From a virus (taxonomy: Duplodnaviria; Caudoviricetes), in IMG/VR virus record IMGVR_UViG_3300037467_000879, positions 1 through 29,186 of that record: a stretch of DNA of 29,186 bases; one strand, 5' to 3'. The position numbers were made by a program, and so were the translations under genes. Below the pieces are notes generated by a model. That model was not told the origin of the DNA and made no database searches. It saw only the letters and a program-made list of their open reading frames with translations. Below, in pieces: positions 1-8,529 of this stretch. Every line of letters begins with the position of its first letter. The first letter of the stretch is position 1.

Positions 1-1589
1 ATGGTCGCCGAACTTGTCTCAGCATCCGCAGCCGTGGCGCTTTCCGAAAGCGTGTTCGGCGCAACCTGCGCGCTGCTATCGGCGTCTGCCGCCGCTGCAG
101 TCTCACTGACCGCCGGCGCCCAAGTGACCTGCGTTGCAAGTGCCGCGCCGCTTGCCGCTGTTTCGTTCAGGCTCGTCGCGATCGTGACGCCACCCGCGAA
201 GCTCGCCGCCGAAGCCGCGGTCTCGGTGATGGTGTCGTTATACGTCGTCGCGCCCGAGGTCTCGGTATCTGCCGCCGTCGCGGATTCGCTCAGGCTGGCG
301 GTGATCGTCGTTCCGCCGGTGACAACAGCACCCGCCGCAGCGCCTTCGCCAAGCGCGTTCGGGAACGTCCCCGAGCTCGTCTCAGCGTCGCCAGTGGCGG
401 CGCTCTCGCCGAGTGGGGACGCAAACGTCTGTGTCGCCGTTTGGCTATCGCCGGCGGCAGCACTTTCGGCGCGTGTCGCAGTGATGACCAGGCCAGCGTT
501 CAGCGCATCGGCACTGGCCGCCGTCTCGCCGAGCAAGTTGCCGAATACGCCCGTGCTCGTGACCGCGTCCGAAGCCGCCGCGCTTTCAGCGAGCGCCGGT
601 CCCCATGTGACGACCGTCGTGGACGAATCGGCCGCTGCAGCCGTCTCATTGAGCGACCCACTGACGAGCAAACCGCCCGCGAGGCCGTCTGCCGCCGCGC
701 TCGATTCCGCGAGCGTGTTGACGAACGTCTGAGCACTCGCCGGACTATCAGCGGCGGCAGCGCTCTCGCTGAGCGGAACGCCGAAGGTGCTTCCCGCCGG
801 ATTGAGGCTATCCGCTGCAGCCGCGCTTTCGCTGTCCGTCGGCGCGAACGTCTCGGTATTGGTCTCGCTGTCGCCGGTTGCGGCGGTTTCTGTCAGCGTG
901 TCGTTGTAAGTGGTCCCGCTCGCAGCGGCCTTGAGCACCAGAATGATGCCGGCCCAAATCGAGCTGGTAATCGAGCAACTGAAGGTCGCAGCCGCAGTCT
1001 CTGCGCCGGATGGCGAGAGTTGGTTGACGATAATGCCGCCGCCGGCACCTGTCGCGCTGCTGGAATTGACGATGAACGCGTTCGAGCCGCTGACGTTCGA
1101 CCAAACCGGAGAAGTGTTGGTCGAGGCCGTGGTGCTGTCGCGATCGGTGGCGATGATCGCCAGCGCCAGGTCGTTGGCCCCGACTGCCGACGTTCCGAAC
1201 GCGGTGTTCAGGCTAACCGAAGTCGTCGCGGGCGAGGCCGTCCCGGCCATCGTCCGGACCATCGGCGTTGTGCTGTCGAGTCCGCTGAAGGTCAGCAGCA
1301 CCGCATTCTGGTGATCGCCGCTGTCGCTGATCGAAACGCCGGAACTGATGTCCGTCGAGGTGATATTGACCTTGCGAAAGACCAGCAGATTAGTGGCGCC
1401 GGCAGCGCCCGCTGTTCCTACGCCGGGGTTGTCAACAAGGGTGAACCCGGTGGGCGTCGTGATGCTCTGATTGGCGGTCTCGACAATCAGGAGCGCAGTA
1501 TCGCCCGCTGTTGCTCCTGTCCCAAATGTCGCCGTGGTCGCAGAAAGACTGCTGACCATTGTCCCGACCGAAGTGCGGGTTGCGGCCAT
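1..1589 (-). CDS. Ala/Ser/Thr-rich virion fibre/decoration-like protein with 20-aa repeats (3' end beyond window; not in ORF track)
   Basis: ATG at 1589 after GGAGGG. Reads MAATRTSVGTMVSSLSATTATFGTGATAGD..., then repeats such as TLTETAATGDSETNTETFAP, TDSESAAAADSLNPAGSTFG and VPLSESAAAADSPASAQTFV. The same frame is still open at position 3 (...LSESATAADAETSSAT). Confidence 0.85.
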   Translation of the reverse strand, partial: MAATRTSVGTMVSSLSATTATFGTGATAGDTALLIVETANQSITTPTGFTLVDNPGVGTAGAAGATNLLVFRKVNITSTDISSGVSISDSGDHQNAVLLTFSGLDSTTPMVRTMAGTASPATTSVSLNTAFGTSAVGANDLALAIIATDRDSTTASTNTSPVWSNVSGSNAFIVNSSSATGAGGGIIVNQLSPSGAETAAATFSCSITSSIWAGIILVLKAAASGTTYNDTLTETAATGDSETNTETFAPTDSESAAAADSLNPAGSTFGVPLSESAAAADSPASAQTFVNTLAESSAAADGLAGGLLVSGSLNETAAAADSSTTVVTWGPALAESAAASDAVTSTGVFGNLLGETAASADALNAGLVITATRAESAAAGDSQTATQTFASPLGESAATGDAETSSGTFPNALGEGAAAGAVVTGGTTITASLSESATAADTETSGATTYNDTITETAASAASFAGGVTIATSLNETAASGAALATQVTWAPAVSETAAAADADSSAQVAPNTLSESATAADAETSSAT

Positions 1590-1620
1590 TGCCCCGCCCT
1601 CCGGTCAGAATCAGGTCAAA

Positions 1621-2229
1621 TTAGGTGAAGCTGACGGTTAGCGTGACGTTGAGCGTGTCGCCGCTGACGACGCTGCGGGATGCCGCGAAGTCGCCGGCGC
1701 TGTAGAGAATGCCGGTCGTGCCAGTGTTCACCGACTGAACGAAAGCGCCCGCGACAGTCGCCGTGGCATTGATCGTGTAGCTGACTGCTGTCGCGGTGTT
1801 CGATCCCGCCGAGCTCGTGCCGAACGTGATCGCCGGACGGTTGCCTGAGTACGGGTTAACCTCCGACCAGCCGGCATGCGAGGCGGCCGTGTCGCCAGCA
1901 GCCGCCGAGCCCGTGCCCTTGAGGCCGAGAAACCAGCTCGCGGTGTAGGCCGAACCCTTGAAATATTTGTCGAGCAGGTCGTTCTTGCCGACCGTCGTAA
2001 CCAGGTTGTGGATCCGCTCGTGCCAGCGGACATGCCCGTCGGCGGCGCGATCGGTGATGTCGTAGATGAAATGCGGGCCAGCGACGACCTCGACCTGGCC
2101 GGGTCGCGCGACCATCCCTGCGCCAAAATGTGCGCTCGCCTGCGCATGCTCGACGCCAGCAAAGGCGGGGCTGACAAGGCCGCTCAGCAGCAGCGCCAGC
2201 GAGCAGAGGAATGTCGCGAACTTCTTCAT
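1621..2229 (-). CDS. Putative virion structural protein with an N-terminal signal-peptide-like leader
   Basis: AAGGA RBS. The HNLVTTVGKNDLLDKYFKGSAYTASWFLGL...GDTLNVT beta-rich body resembles phage head/tail accessory proteins. It lies in the late operon after the capsid gene. Confidence 0.75.
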   Translation of the reverse strand: MKKFATFLCSLALLLSGLVSPAFAGVEHAQASAHFGAGMVARPGQVEVVAGPHFIYDITDRAADGHVRWHERIHNLVTTVGKNDLLDKYFKGSAYTASWFLGLKGTGSAAAGDTAASHAGWSEVNPYSGNRPAITFGTSSAGSNTATAVSYTINATATVAGAFVQSVNTGTTGILYSAGDFAASRSVVSGDTLNVTLTVSFT

Positions 2230-2253
2230 GGCTTTTCATCCTTTTCAATGAGG

Positions 2254-2380
2254 TGCGGCAGTTCCCGGCCTTCGGTGCTTCATGCGCGCTCGAAAGCACG
2301 ACCCAGGCTCACCGTTGACTTCGAAAAGCAGGACGGGCGTTCAGGCCGCCGCCGCAGTCGGCCCGGGGAAACGCCCGGGC
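2254..2380 (-). ncRNA. Candidate structured cis-regulatory RNA (multi-stem junction plus upstream hairpin)
   Basis: Nested stems 2254-2261/2349-2356, 2266-2271/2343-2348, 2275-2280/2294-2299, 2312-2315/2333-2336 and 2318-2321/2326-2329, with a UUCG loop on the minus strand. Separate hairpin 2361-2367/2374-2380. Confidence 0.4.
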
Positions 2381-2390
2381 ATGAAACTGA

Positions 2391-2588
2391 TTATTCGGCG
2401 GCCGGCTCTTCGGCTGCCTCAGGCGCCTCATTCTCGACGCCGAGCGTCTTCGCGTAGGCGACGGCGGCCGGATCTGCGTCCGCCCAACCTTCCTTCACGC
2501 CGCGTTCTGCGTCAGCGCCGGTGACGACAGAATCGGCCTTGAAGCCATCATGATTGAGCAAAACTCGCGCTTCGGTTGCTTTCGGCAT
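2391..2588 (-). CDS. Small hypothetical protein immediately downstream of the major capsid gene
   Basis: 65-aa ORF with a strong AAGGAGGA RBS and an acidic Ala/Glu/Pro tail; typical post-capsid position. Confidence 0.8.
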   Translation of the reverse strand: MPKATEARVLLNHDGFKADSVVTGADAERGVKEGWADADPAAVAYAKTLGVENEAPEAAEEPAAE

Positions 2589-2630
2589 TTGTCTTCCTCC
2601 TTGCCGGAACGCCGTTGATCGGCGCTCGGG

Positions 2631-2665
2631 GAAAGAGGAGAGGGCCGGCCATCGCTGGCCGACCC
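2631..2665 (-). terminator. Hairpin/weak intrinsic terminator after the major capsid gene
   Basis: 10-bp stem 2642-2651/2656-2665 with one G-U pair on the minus strand, GCGA (GNRA) loop, followed by pyrimidine-rich TCTCCTCTTTC. Confidence 0.5.
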
Positions 2666-2682
2666 CCTCATTTGACGCTGAA

Positions 2683-3915
2683 TTAGGTAGCGCTGTTCGC
2701 GTAGTAACGAACGGCGCCGCCGACGTCGGTCAGGTTGCCGCCGGAGCGCAGGAAGGCGAGGAAGCCGACCTGGCCATTCTTCGCATATGCAGAGTCCGTG
2801 AAGCGGAACATCTGCATGTCGAGCACGTCGCGGATCTTGTAGAAGCTGAAGTCTCCGTAAAGGATCGACTTCGCATTCGCGGCCATCGTCGCAACGTCCT
2901 GGTTGATCTGGATCGGATCACCGAGCAGCGAGTCAGGAATGCCGCCGGCCTTGCCGCTGGCCGGGATTGCTTCCTCATAGCCAGGTATGAAGAGAGGCCG
3001 GCTCTGTCCGTCCTTGATCTTGCGGATGACCTTCACCGAGGAGTCGTTCATCATCCAGCCGCAGTTGCCGAGCTCGCGATAAGCCGGATCGACACTGTGC
3101 TGCAGGTCGATCAGATCGTCATAGATGACGGTCGCGGTCTGACCTGTCGTCCCGGTCTTGCCGACGCTCGAGGCGGTGACGATGCCGTTCGGCTCGCCGC
3201 TGCCCGACCCGACCGTGAACTTCGTGTTCGTGATACGGCCGAGACGCATCGCCAGGCGGCGATTGATCCACGCCTCGATGTCGACGACGCTGTCCTGCAG
3301 CAACTCGATCGGCACCGCCACGACCTTCGAACTGAACTTGAAGGTCGAGAGGGTGACGCTGCCCATCGAAGGATCGAGAGCAGCAGCTGTCGCGTTCTGC
3401 GCGAGGATTTCTCCGGTCTCGCTCGTGCCATCGGTCGTCGGGAAGTTGAGATCGTTACCCGCGGAGGTCTGGAACACCTCGGCGACCTTACGCATCCCGC
3501 CATACTGCTTGAGCAGTTCGATGAGCTGCGCTGCGATTTCAGTCGGGACCGAATAACCGCCCTGCGAGCCCGTCGTGGTCGACATGGTGTTGCGGATGGC
3601 GATCGTCTCTTCAGCCGACAGCCCTTCCGTGCCGAAGCGCGCCCATTTGGCCCACAACTTCATCCCGTCCGACTTGTTGTCGACGCCAAGCTGCAGCGCG
3701 CGCTCTGAAACGCTCGAATTCAGCGCATCCTCGGCAACCCGGGCATTCATGTCGGTGATGCGCTTGATGCGAGCGTCGAGTTCGTCGATTTCCGCGAGGC
3801 CGGCGTCATAGACGCCCTGCTTCGTGTCATTCCACGCCTCGTTTTTGTTAGAAACGAGGTCGTGCAGCTCCTTAGCCTTTGCCGCGCGCTGCTCGCGGAG
3901 AGCCTGAATGCTCAT
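2683..3915 (-). CDS. Major capsid protein, HK97 fold
   Basis: N-terminal coiled-coil delta domain, GGYSVPTEIA, ELLQDS, GSGSGEPNGI, IKDGQSRP, LLGDPI and YGDF motifs. AAGGAG RBS. Confidence 0.97.
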   Translation of the reverse strand: MSIQALREQRAAKAKELHDLVSNKNEAWNDTKQGVYDAGLAEIDELDARIKRITDMNARVAEDALNSSVSERALQLGVDNKSDGMKLWAKWARFGTEGLSAEETIAIRNTMSTTTGSQGGYSVPTEIAAQLIELLKQYGGMRKVAEVFQTSAGNDLNFPTTDGTSETGEILAQNATAAALDPSMGSVTLSTFKFSSKVVAVPIELLQDSVVDIEAWINRRLAMRLGRITNTKFTVGSGSGEPNGIVTASSVGKTGTTGQTATVIYDDLIDLQHSVDPAYRELGNCGWMMNDSSVKVIRKIKDGQSRPLFIPGYEEAIPASGKAGGIPDSLLGDPIQINQDVATMAANAKSILYGDFSFYKIRDVLDMQMFRFTDSAYAKNGQVGFLAFLRSGGNLTDVGGAVRYYANSAT

Positions 3916-3934
3916 TGCTTCAATCTCCTTGGGG

Positions 3935-3961
3935 ATAAAAAATACCCGCCAAAAGGCGGGC
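3935..3961 (-). terminator. Intrinsic terminator-like element between protease and capsid genes
   Basis: Minus strand reads GCCCGCC-TTTT-GGCGGGT followed by ATTTTTTAT. Confidence 0.55.
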
Positions 3962-3990
3962 CCGGTGCTCTGCGTCGGCGCGGCTTGCGC

Positions 3991-4785
3991 TTAGGCAGCT
4001 TGTCGGAGGCGTAGGCCGGCGACACGCTGCCGCTGTCCTGCCTCGATCTCTTCGGATTCCGCGGCGGCGCGCGACGCTTCGTCGTCGGCCACCTTCGCCC
4101 TTAGTTCGGCCAGTTCGGCACGAAGCGCTTCCGCTTCGCGGTTCGGCTCGCTGCCGGGCGCGCGCTCATATGCGCTCAGATCCCAATCGACCCGCGCCTT
4201 CGGCTTCTCTTCGGCCTGCTCGTCGGCGAGGCCAAGATCGATAGCTTCCTGCGCGCTCAACCAGGTCTCGCCAGCCATCATCTTTGCGAAGTCAGCTGGA
4301 TCCACGCCGCGGCGCTGGGCTGCCGCCCCGTACGCATCGACGATCGTGCCGTCGATTTTGTCGAGGAGGTCGGCCGTCGACCGGAAATCGTCCGAATTCC
4401 CGATGTCGATCGTCCAAGCCTTATGGATCATCTGCATCGAGCCCGGCGCCATGACGGTCTTGTCAGCGACAGCGGTCAGGAATGTTGCGGCCGATGCGGC
4501 GATGCCGTCGACGTGCGCCGTCACCTGCCCCGGATAATCGCGGATCGCCTGCGCCATCGCCTTGGCGCCGAACACGTCACCCCCCGGAGAATTGATGCGC
4601 AGATCGACGTCGCCGCTCATCCCCTTGAGGGTCTGGACAAAGCTCTCGGCCGACACGCCGCCGAACCACTCTGCGTCGGAATCGGCGGAGACGATCACAT
4701 CGTAAAGGTAGATCGTGTTGCCTTCGGCCTTGAACTCACCCTTCTTCGCGTTGCGGGCGAGCAGGTTAAGCAGCTTGCGGTGCAT
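3991..4785 (-). CDS. ClpP-like (S14) prohead maturation protease
   Basis: INSPGGDVF, VDGIAASAA, MIHKAW and ETWLSAQEAIDLGLAD motifs. Likely start MHRKLL at 4785 after AAGGAG. Confidence 0.95.
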   Translation of the reverse strand: MHRKLLNLLARNAKKGEFKAEGNTIYLYDVIVSADSDAEWFGGVSAESFVQTLKGMSGDVDLRINSPGGDVFGAKAMAQAIRDYPGQVTAHVDGIAASAATFLTAVADKTVMAPGSMQMIHKAWTIDIGNSDDFRSTADLLDKIDGTIVDAYGAAAQRRGVDPADFAKMMAGETWLSAQEAIDLGLADEQAEEKPKARVDWDLSAYERAPGSEPNREAEALRAELAELRAKVADDEASRAAAESEEIEAGQRQRVAGLRLRQAA

Positions 4786-6067
4786 TGTCCGTCGCTCCTT
4801 GCTTTGCGTTTGGATCCTGTGCCGGGGCGAGTGAGCCATGCGCCGGCGAGCGAGTGAGGTTGAGCTTCGCGCGAACCTCTTCGGCCGTCATGAAACCCGG
4901 CTTGCCTTGGCCACCGAGGGCGGTGCTGAAGGCGCTGAAAAGCGTCTCCATGCTGGCTTTTTCGAGCTCAAAAGTGTCGAATTCGACGAATTTTGCAGAG
5001 GTTCGGAAGAACTTGCGGTTAATTTCCTTCTCGATCTTGGTCAGGTGCTGGCGAAGCGTGAATCGCACGAAGCCCTGGCCCATCGTCTCGATGCCGCTGC
5101 CCCAGCTAGTCGTCTTTTCCATCTGCCCGATCATGAAGGGCGGGACTCCGTAGATTCGGGCGATTTCCTCGACCGCGAACTTGCGCGTTTCGAGCAGCTG
5201 CGCTTCTTCGATCGGAAGGGTCAGCGGCTTGGCTTCAAAGCCGTTGCCCAGCACCGCCGGCCGGTGAGAATTTTCGAGGCCCCCATATTGCCGCACCCAT
5301 TCGTCGCGGATGCGATCGGCAGTCTCTTGGTTGATCGCCTGGTCGGACTTCAGAATGATGTCGGGCCGCGCGCCATTGGCAAAGAAGCGAGCCGCGAATT
5401 CCTGCGTCGCCAAGCCGACGGCGCCGGTCATCCTTAGCTGGTGACGGAGCGGCGAAAGGCCGCGAAAACCGTTAAAGCCGAAGCCGGGGACATGCAGAAT
5501 GTCGTCCTGGTCGTAAACCTCGACCGCACCCCATGGCCGAGCAGTTAGATAGACGAGCCGCCTGTAATCGGCCGAAGGCAGGATCGTCGTTGCAAGCGGA
5601 TGGATTGGATCCAGCCCCTCGATCGTGCCGGCGTTCAGGCTCTTGTTCGGCTTCCGCTGAATTATCGCCAGGCCATCGCCGTGCAGCAGCAGCGACTGCC
5701 CGATGTATTCCCAGCCGTTCGCGGCATTCCACCGCGGCGAAAATTCCTCGTTGAGCGTCCACCAGAGCGGGTCGCCATGGATTTGCTGGCTCTCGCCTTC
5801 ACCCTGACGATGGTAGAACTGCGTCGTCAGCGCCGAGATCGCGCCAGCAATGAGGTTCACACACGAGAAAATCGCCGAGACGGTAAGAGCCGTCTGCTCG
5901 CTGACCAGCGGAAGCCCGACGATCCCTGACGTCCCGAAAAGGTCAAACCAAGCATCGCTGCCGGGGACGTAGCTCGCGATGGGCGTTTGCGGGTGGCTGT
6001 TATAGACCGGATCGCTGTAGCGCGGGCTGTCGTCAATCCACGCCGCGAGCGCTGAACGCAGGCTCAC
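4766..6067 (-). CDS. Portal protein, HK97 family
   Basis: SCVNLIAGAIS, LLLHGDG, GLSPL, FFANGARP, IARIYGVPPFMIG and SWGSGIE motifs. GTG start at 6067 overlaps the terL stop (GTGA). Confidence 0.95.
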   Translation of the reverse strand: MSLRSALAAWIDDSPRYSDPVYNSHPQTPIASYVPGSDAWFDLFGTSGIVGLPLVSEQTALTVSAIFSCVNLIAGAISALTTQFYHRQGEGESQQIHGDPLWWTLNEEFSPRWNAANGWEYIGQSLLLHGDGLAIIQRKPNKSLNAGTIEGLDPIHPLATTILPSADYRRLVYLTARPWGAVEVYDQDDILHVPGFGFNGFRGLSPLRHQLRMTGAVGLATQEFAARFFANGARPDIILKSDQAINQETADRIRDEWVRQYGGLENSHRPAVLGNGFEAKPLTLPIEEAQLLETRKFAVEEIARIYGVPPFMIGQMEKTTSWGSGIETMGQGFVRFTLRQHLTKIEKEINRKFFRTSAKFVEFDTFELEKASMETLFSAFSTALGGQGKPGFMTAEEVRAKLNLTRSPAHGSLAPAQDPNAKQGATDNAPQAA

Positions 6068-7704
6068 ATGAACACCTGCAGCTCCAGGGGAGCTTCGACC
6101 TTTGCTCCCATCGCCACCCCCACTGCCATGATCAGCGACACGATGCCGTCGATCTTGTCGAACGACCGGCGCTTGTCCGGCTTGCGATTCCCCGCCTCGT
6201 CGCGCTGCACGATCAGGTTCGACGCCTGCCAACGAAGCACTGGAGAGCCGCCATGCTTGAGCTTGCGGTCGATCAGCAGCGTCTCGAACTGATCGAATGC
6301 CGGCGCCATTTCCTTGAAGCCCTGGCCGAACGGCGACAGCTTCGCGGCAACCTCGCCCAAGTTCTCATCCTCGAGCTGCTTGACCAGATCCTCGATCCGC
6401 CAGCGGTCGAAGCCGATGCCGATGACGTTGAACATCGTGCAAGCCCACAAGAGCTTGCGGATGATCGAAGCATTATCCCGGGCCCGTCCTGGCGTCGCGA
6501 TGATGTGCCCTTCGCGCTCCCAGGCGTCGTAAGGCACGCGGTCAGTCTCGACCCGCTGCCTGATCCTTTCCCGCGGCACCCATTGCCACGTCCATGAAGC
6601 GCAGACTTCCGGCCAGTAGAGCGACATCGCGCACAGATCGCTGGTCGAGCCCAGGTCGAGCCCGCCGAAGCATTTCATCCCCTTCAGGTCGTCAAGCTCG
6701 ACGCGCGCCTCGCATGCATCCCAATCGGCGCGGTTGATGGCCCGCTCGACGGCGTCCACACGCTGATTGAGGTACAAATTCCTGAACGCGCTTTCGAAGC
6801 TCGGCGTTCGCATCGCCCGCTTCGCCAGCGTCTCGAGGTCCGTCTCGTCGCGGAACACGCCGAGCGCCGGATTCGACGTCAGCCATGCTTCGCGATCGAG
6901 CAGGTCGCAGCCTTCCGGCGAGGCATACACCCGGCAGACGAACGTCGCGTCATCGTGCATGCCGGCGTTCACCTGCTCGCCGTAGTCGATCAGCTCGCTC
7001 AGCGGATGGTTCGTGAGCGCCGACTGCGTCGAGATCACGATGCCGAGCGGCTCAGAGCGACCGCCCTGCGAGGTCGAAAGCGTGTCGAGCAGCTCTCGCT
7101 TCTGCGACTGCGCGAGCTCGTCATAGATCCACAGCGACGGCGACATGCCGTGCTTGGTCTTCGCGTCGCTCGACAGCGCCTCGTAAACGCTGCCCTGGCC
7201 CTTGTCGTCGGGCGGCGTGCCGATCACCTCGATCAGCTTCTTGAACCGCTGGACGTTGCAGATCGCCTGCATCCACGGCGTTCGATCGATAATCGCTTCG
7301 ATCTCTTCGAAGACCAACGCGGCCTGCTCGCGATCGTTCGCCGCAGAGCCGATCTCGCCGCGGTCCTCGGCTTCGGGCCCGAGGAGGTGCGCCAGCGCGA
7401 TGCCGACGATCAGCCCGGTCTTCCCGTTCTTCCGCCCGATCGACAGCAGCGCCAGCCTGACCAGCCGCCGCCCGTCCTCCGCCTTCGGATCGTAGATCGC
7501 CCGAATGAATTCCTTCTGGAACTCGAGCAGCGCCATTTTCGAGCCGGCGAGGATGCCCTTCGTGACGGGCAAGTCCTCGATGAAGGCGATGACACGCTCG
7601 GCGCGGCTCAGCCCTTCGGCTTGCCACGGGAACGACGCCGGCCGTTCGGGCAATTCGGCTTTCGCCTTGAGGCCCGGCCGCGCGCCAGGTCCGCGCATCC
7701 CCAT
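6064..7704 (-). CDS. terL: Terminase large subunit
   Basis: Walker A GRKNGKT, Walker B IYDEL, ISTQ coupling motif, nuclease motifs GLDLGSTSDL and KIDGIVSLIMA. Likely start MGMRGPG at 7704. Confidence 0.96.
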   Translation of the reverse strand: MGMRGPGARPGLKAKAELPERPASFPWQAEGLSRAERVIAFIEDLPVTKGILAGSKMALLEFQKEFIRAIYDPKAEDGRRLVRLALLSIGRKNGKTGLIVGIALAHLLGPEAEDRGEIGSAANDREQAALVFEEIEAIIDRTPWMQAICNVQRFKKLIEVIGTPPDDKGQGSVYEALSSDAKTKHGMSPSLWIYDELAQSQKRELLDTLSTSQGGRSEPLGIVISTQSALTNHPLSELIDYGEQVNAGMHDDATFVCRVYASPEGCDLLDREAWLTSNPALGVFRDETDLETLAKRAMRTPSFESAFRNLYLNQRVDAVERAINRADWDACEARVELDDLKGMKCFGGLDLGSTSDLCAMSLYWPEVCASWTWQWVPRERIRQRVETDRVPYDAWEREGHIIATPGRARDNASIIRKLLWACTMFNVIGIGFDRWRIEDLVKQLEDENLGEVAAKLSPFGQGFKEMAPAFDQFETLLIDRKLKHGGSPVLRWQASNLIVQRDEAGNRKPDKRRSFDKIDGIVSLIMAVGVAMGAKVEAPLELQVFM

Positions 7705-7709
7705 CGGAG

Positions 7710-8186
7710 CTACCGAGGAACGATGGTGTAGCTGTTCTGCCGATGCTTTCTGCGGCCGACGATAAACAGCGTCCACACCTCCCCAGCATCCTCTGGAATT
7801 TCGAATGCGTGAATGGCTCTGTGGGAGCGAAAAACAACCGACCCCGGCTTCAGATGTCGATCGCCCCACGGCGTTCGCTCGATCAATTTTCCCTTGAGAC
7901 AGACGGTGATCGACCAGCGTGGGTGGTCGTGAAAGCTCTCAGGGGTATTCGGGCCAAGTCGCCAATGGTGCAGAAACGCGTTGACCGGCAGCCACCACGG
8001 GAGCGCGTTTGGTCGTTTGGCAGTAGGATCGGACTGCAGCTTTCGATCGAACCATTTGTCCGGCCACTCGTCTTCGCGGAAGAATTCGTAGCGCGTGAAC
8101 AGATCATCGCCAGCGAATGTGACGACGTTCGCAACGTCCTTGGAGTGGGTCTTGGCCCAGTTGATGAGGCCATCGACGAGGGTCAT
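7710..8186 (-). CDS. Cupin-fold protein (HDHP motif)
   Basis: FLHHW...FHDHPRWSITVCLKG...PGSVVFRSHRAIHAF...WTLFIVG matches cupin motifs 1 and 2. ATG at 8186 overlaps the HNH stop (ATGA), with a GAGGAGG RBS. Confidence 0.75.
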   Translation of the reverse strand: MTLVDGLINWAKTHSKDVANVVTFAGDDLFTRYEFFREDEWPDKWFDRKLQSDPTAKRPNALPWWLPVNAFLHHWRLGPNTPESFHDHPRWSITVCLKGKLIERTPWGDRHLKPGSVVFRSHRAIHAFEIPEDAGEVWTLFIVGRRKHRQNSYTIVPR

Positions 8187-8515
8187 TTTTCCTCCTCGCT
8201 GGCCGCACCCCACGGGTGAGCCGGGTCGATCGGGTTTCCCGCCGCGTCGCAGCCCTTCATCGGCTTGTCCGTTCGTGCCGCTCCGTGCTCGGCACCGCGA
8301 GCCGTCTTACGCGAGTGACACGGCCAGCATTTGCTCGAAAGCTCGTCGAGCTGTGGGAAGGCTTCGCCGCCGTCGCTGATCGCCCGTTTATGGTCGACCG
8401 CTTTGGCCGCCGTCACCATGCCGATCGTCAAGCAATCTTCGCAGAGCGGATCGCGCGCCAGCTTGGCCGAACGGAGACGCTGCCAGGCCGCCGTGTTGTA
8501 GGGCCAGTCGGCCAT
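8183..8515 (-). CDS. Packaging-associated HNH endonuclease (HK97 gp74-like)
   Basis: WQRLR...PLCEDC...VDHKR...CWPCHSRKT and C-terminal GCDAAGNPIDPAHPW; adjacent to terminase. Confidence 0.92.
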   Translation of the reverse strand: MADWPYNTAAWQRLRSAKLARDPLCEDCLTIGMVTAAKAVDHKRAISDGGEAFPQLDELSSKCWPCHSRKTARGAEHGAARTDKPMKGCDAAGNPIDPAHPWGAASEEEK

Positions 8516-8529
8516 CAGCGACCCTCATT

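Noticed and set aside
1-1628. Plus-strand ORFs 1..732, 441..1628 and 910..1314
   Set aside because: Antisense shadows of the real minus-strand repeat gene in GC-rich DNA.
2254-2356. Hammerhead ribozyme or known riboswitch
   Set aside because: CUGA is present but the CUGANGA/GAAA/UH core is not correctly arranged, and I recognise no aptamer consensus. Kept only as an unknown structured RNA candidate.
2554-7731. Long plus-strand ORFs opposite capsid, portal and terminase (e.g. 2554..3708, 4838..5437, 6955..7731)
   Set aside because: Antisense to clearly identified genes and with no motifs of their own.
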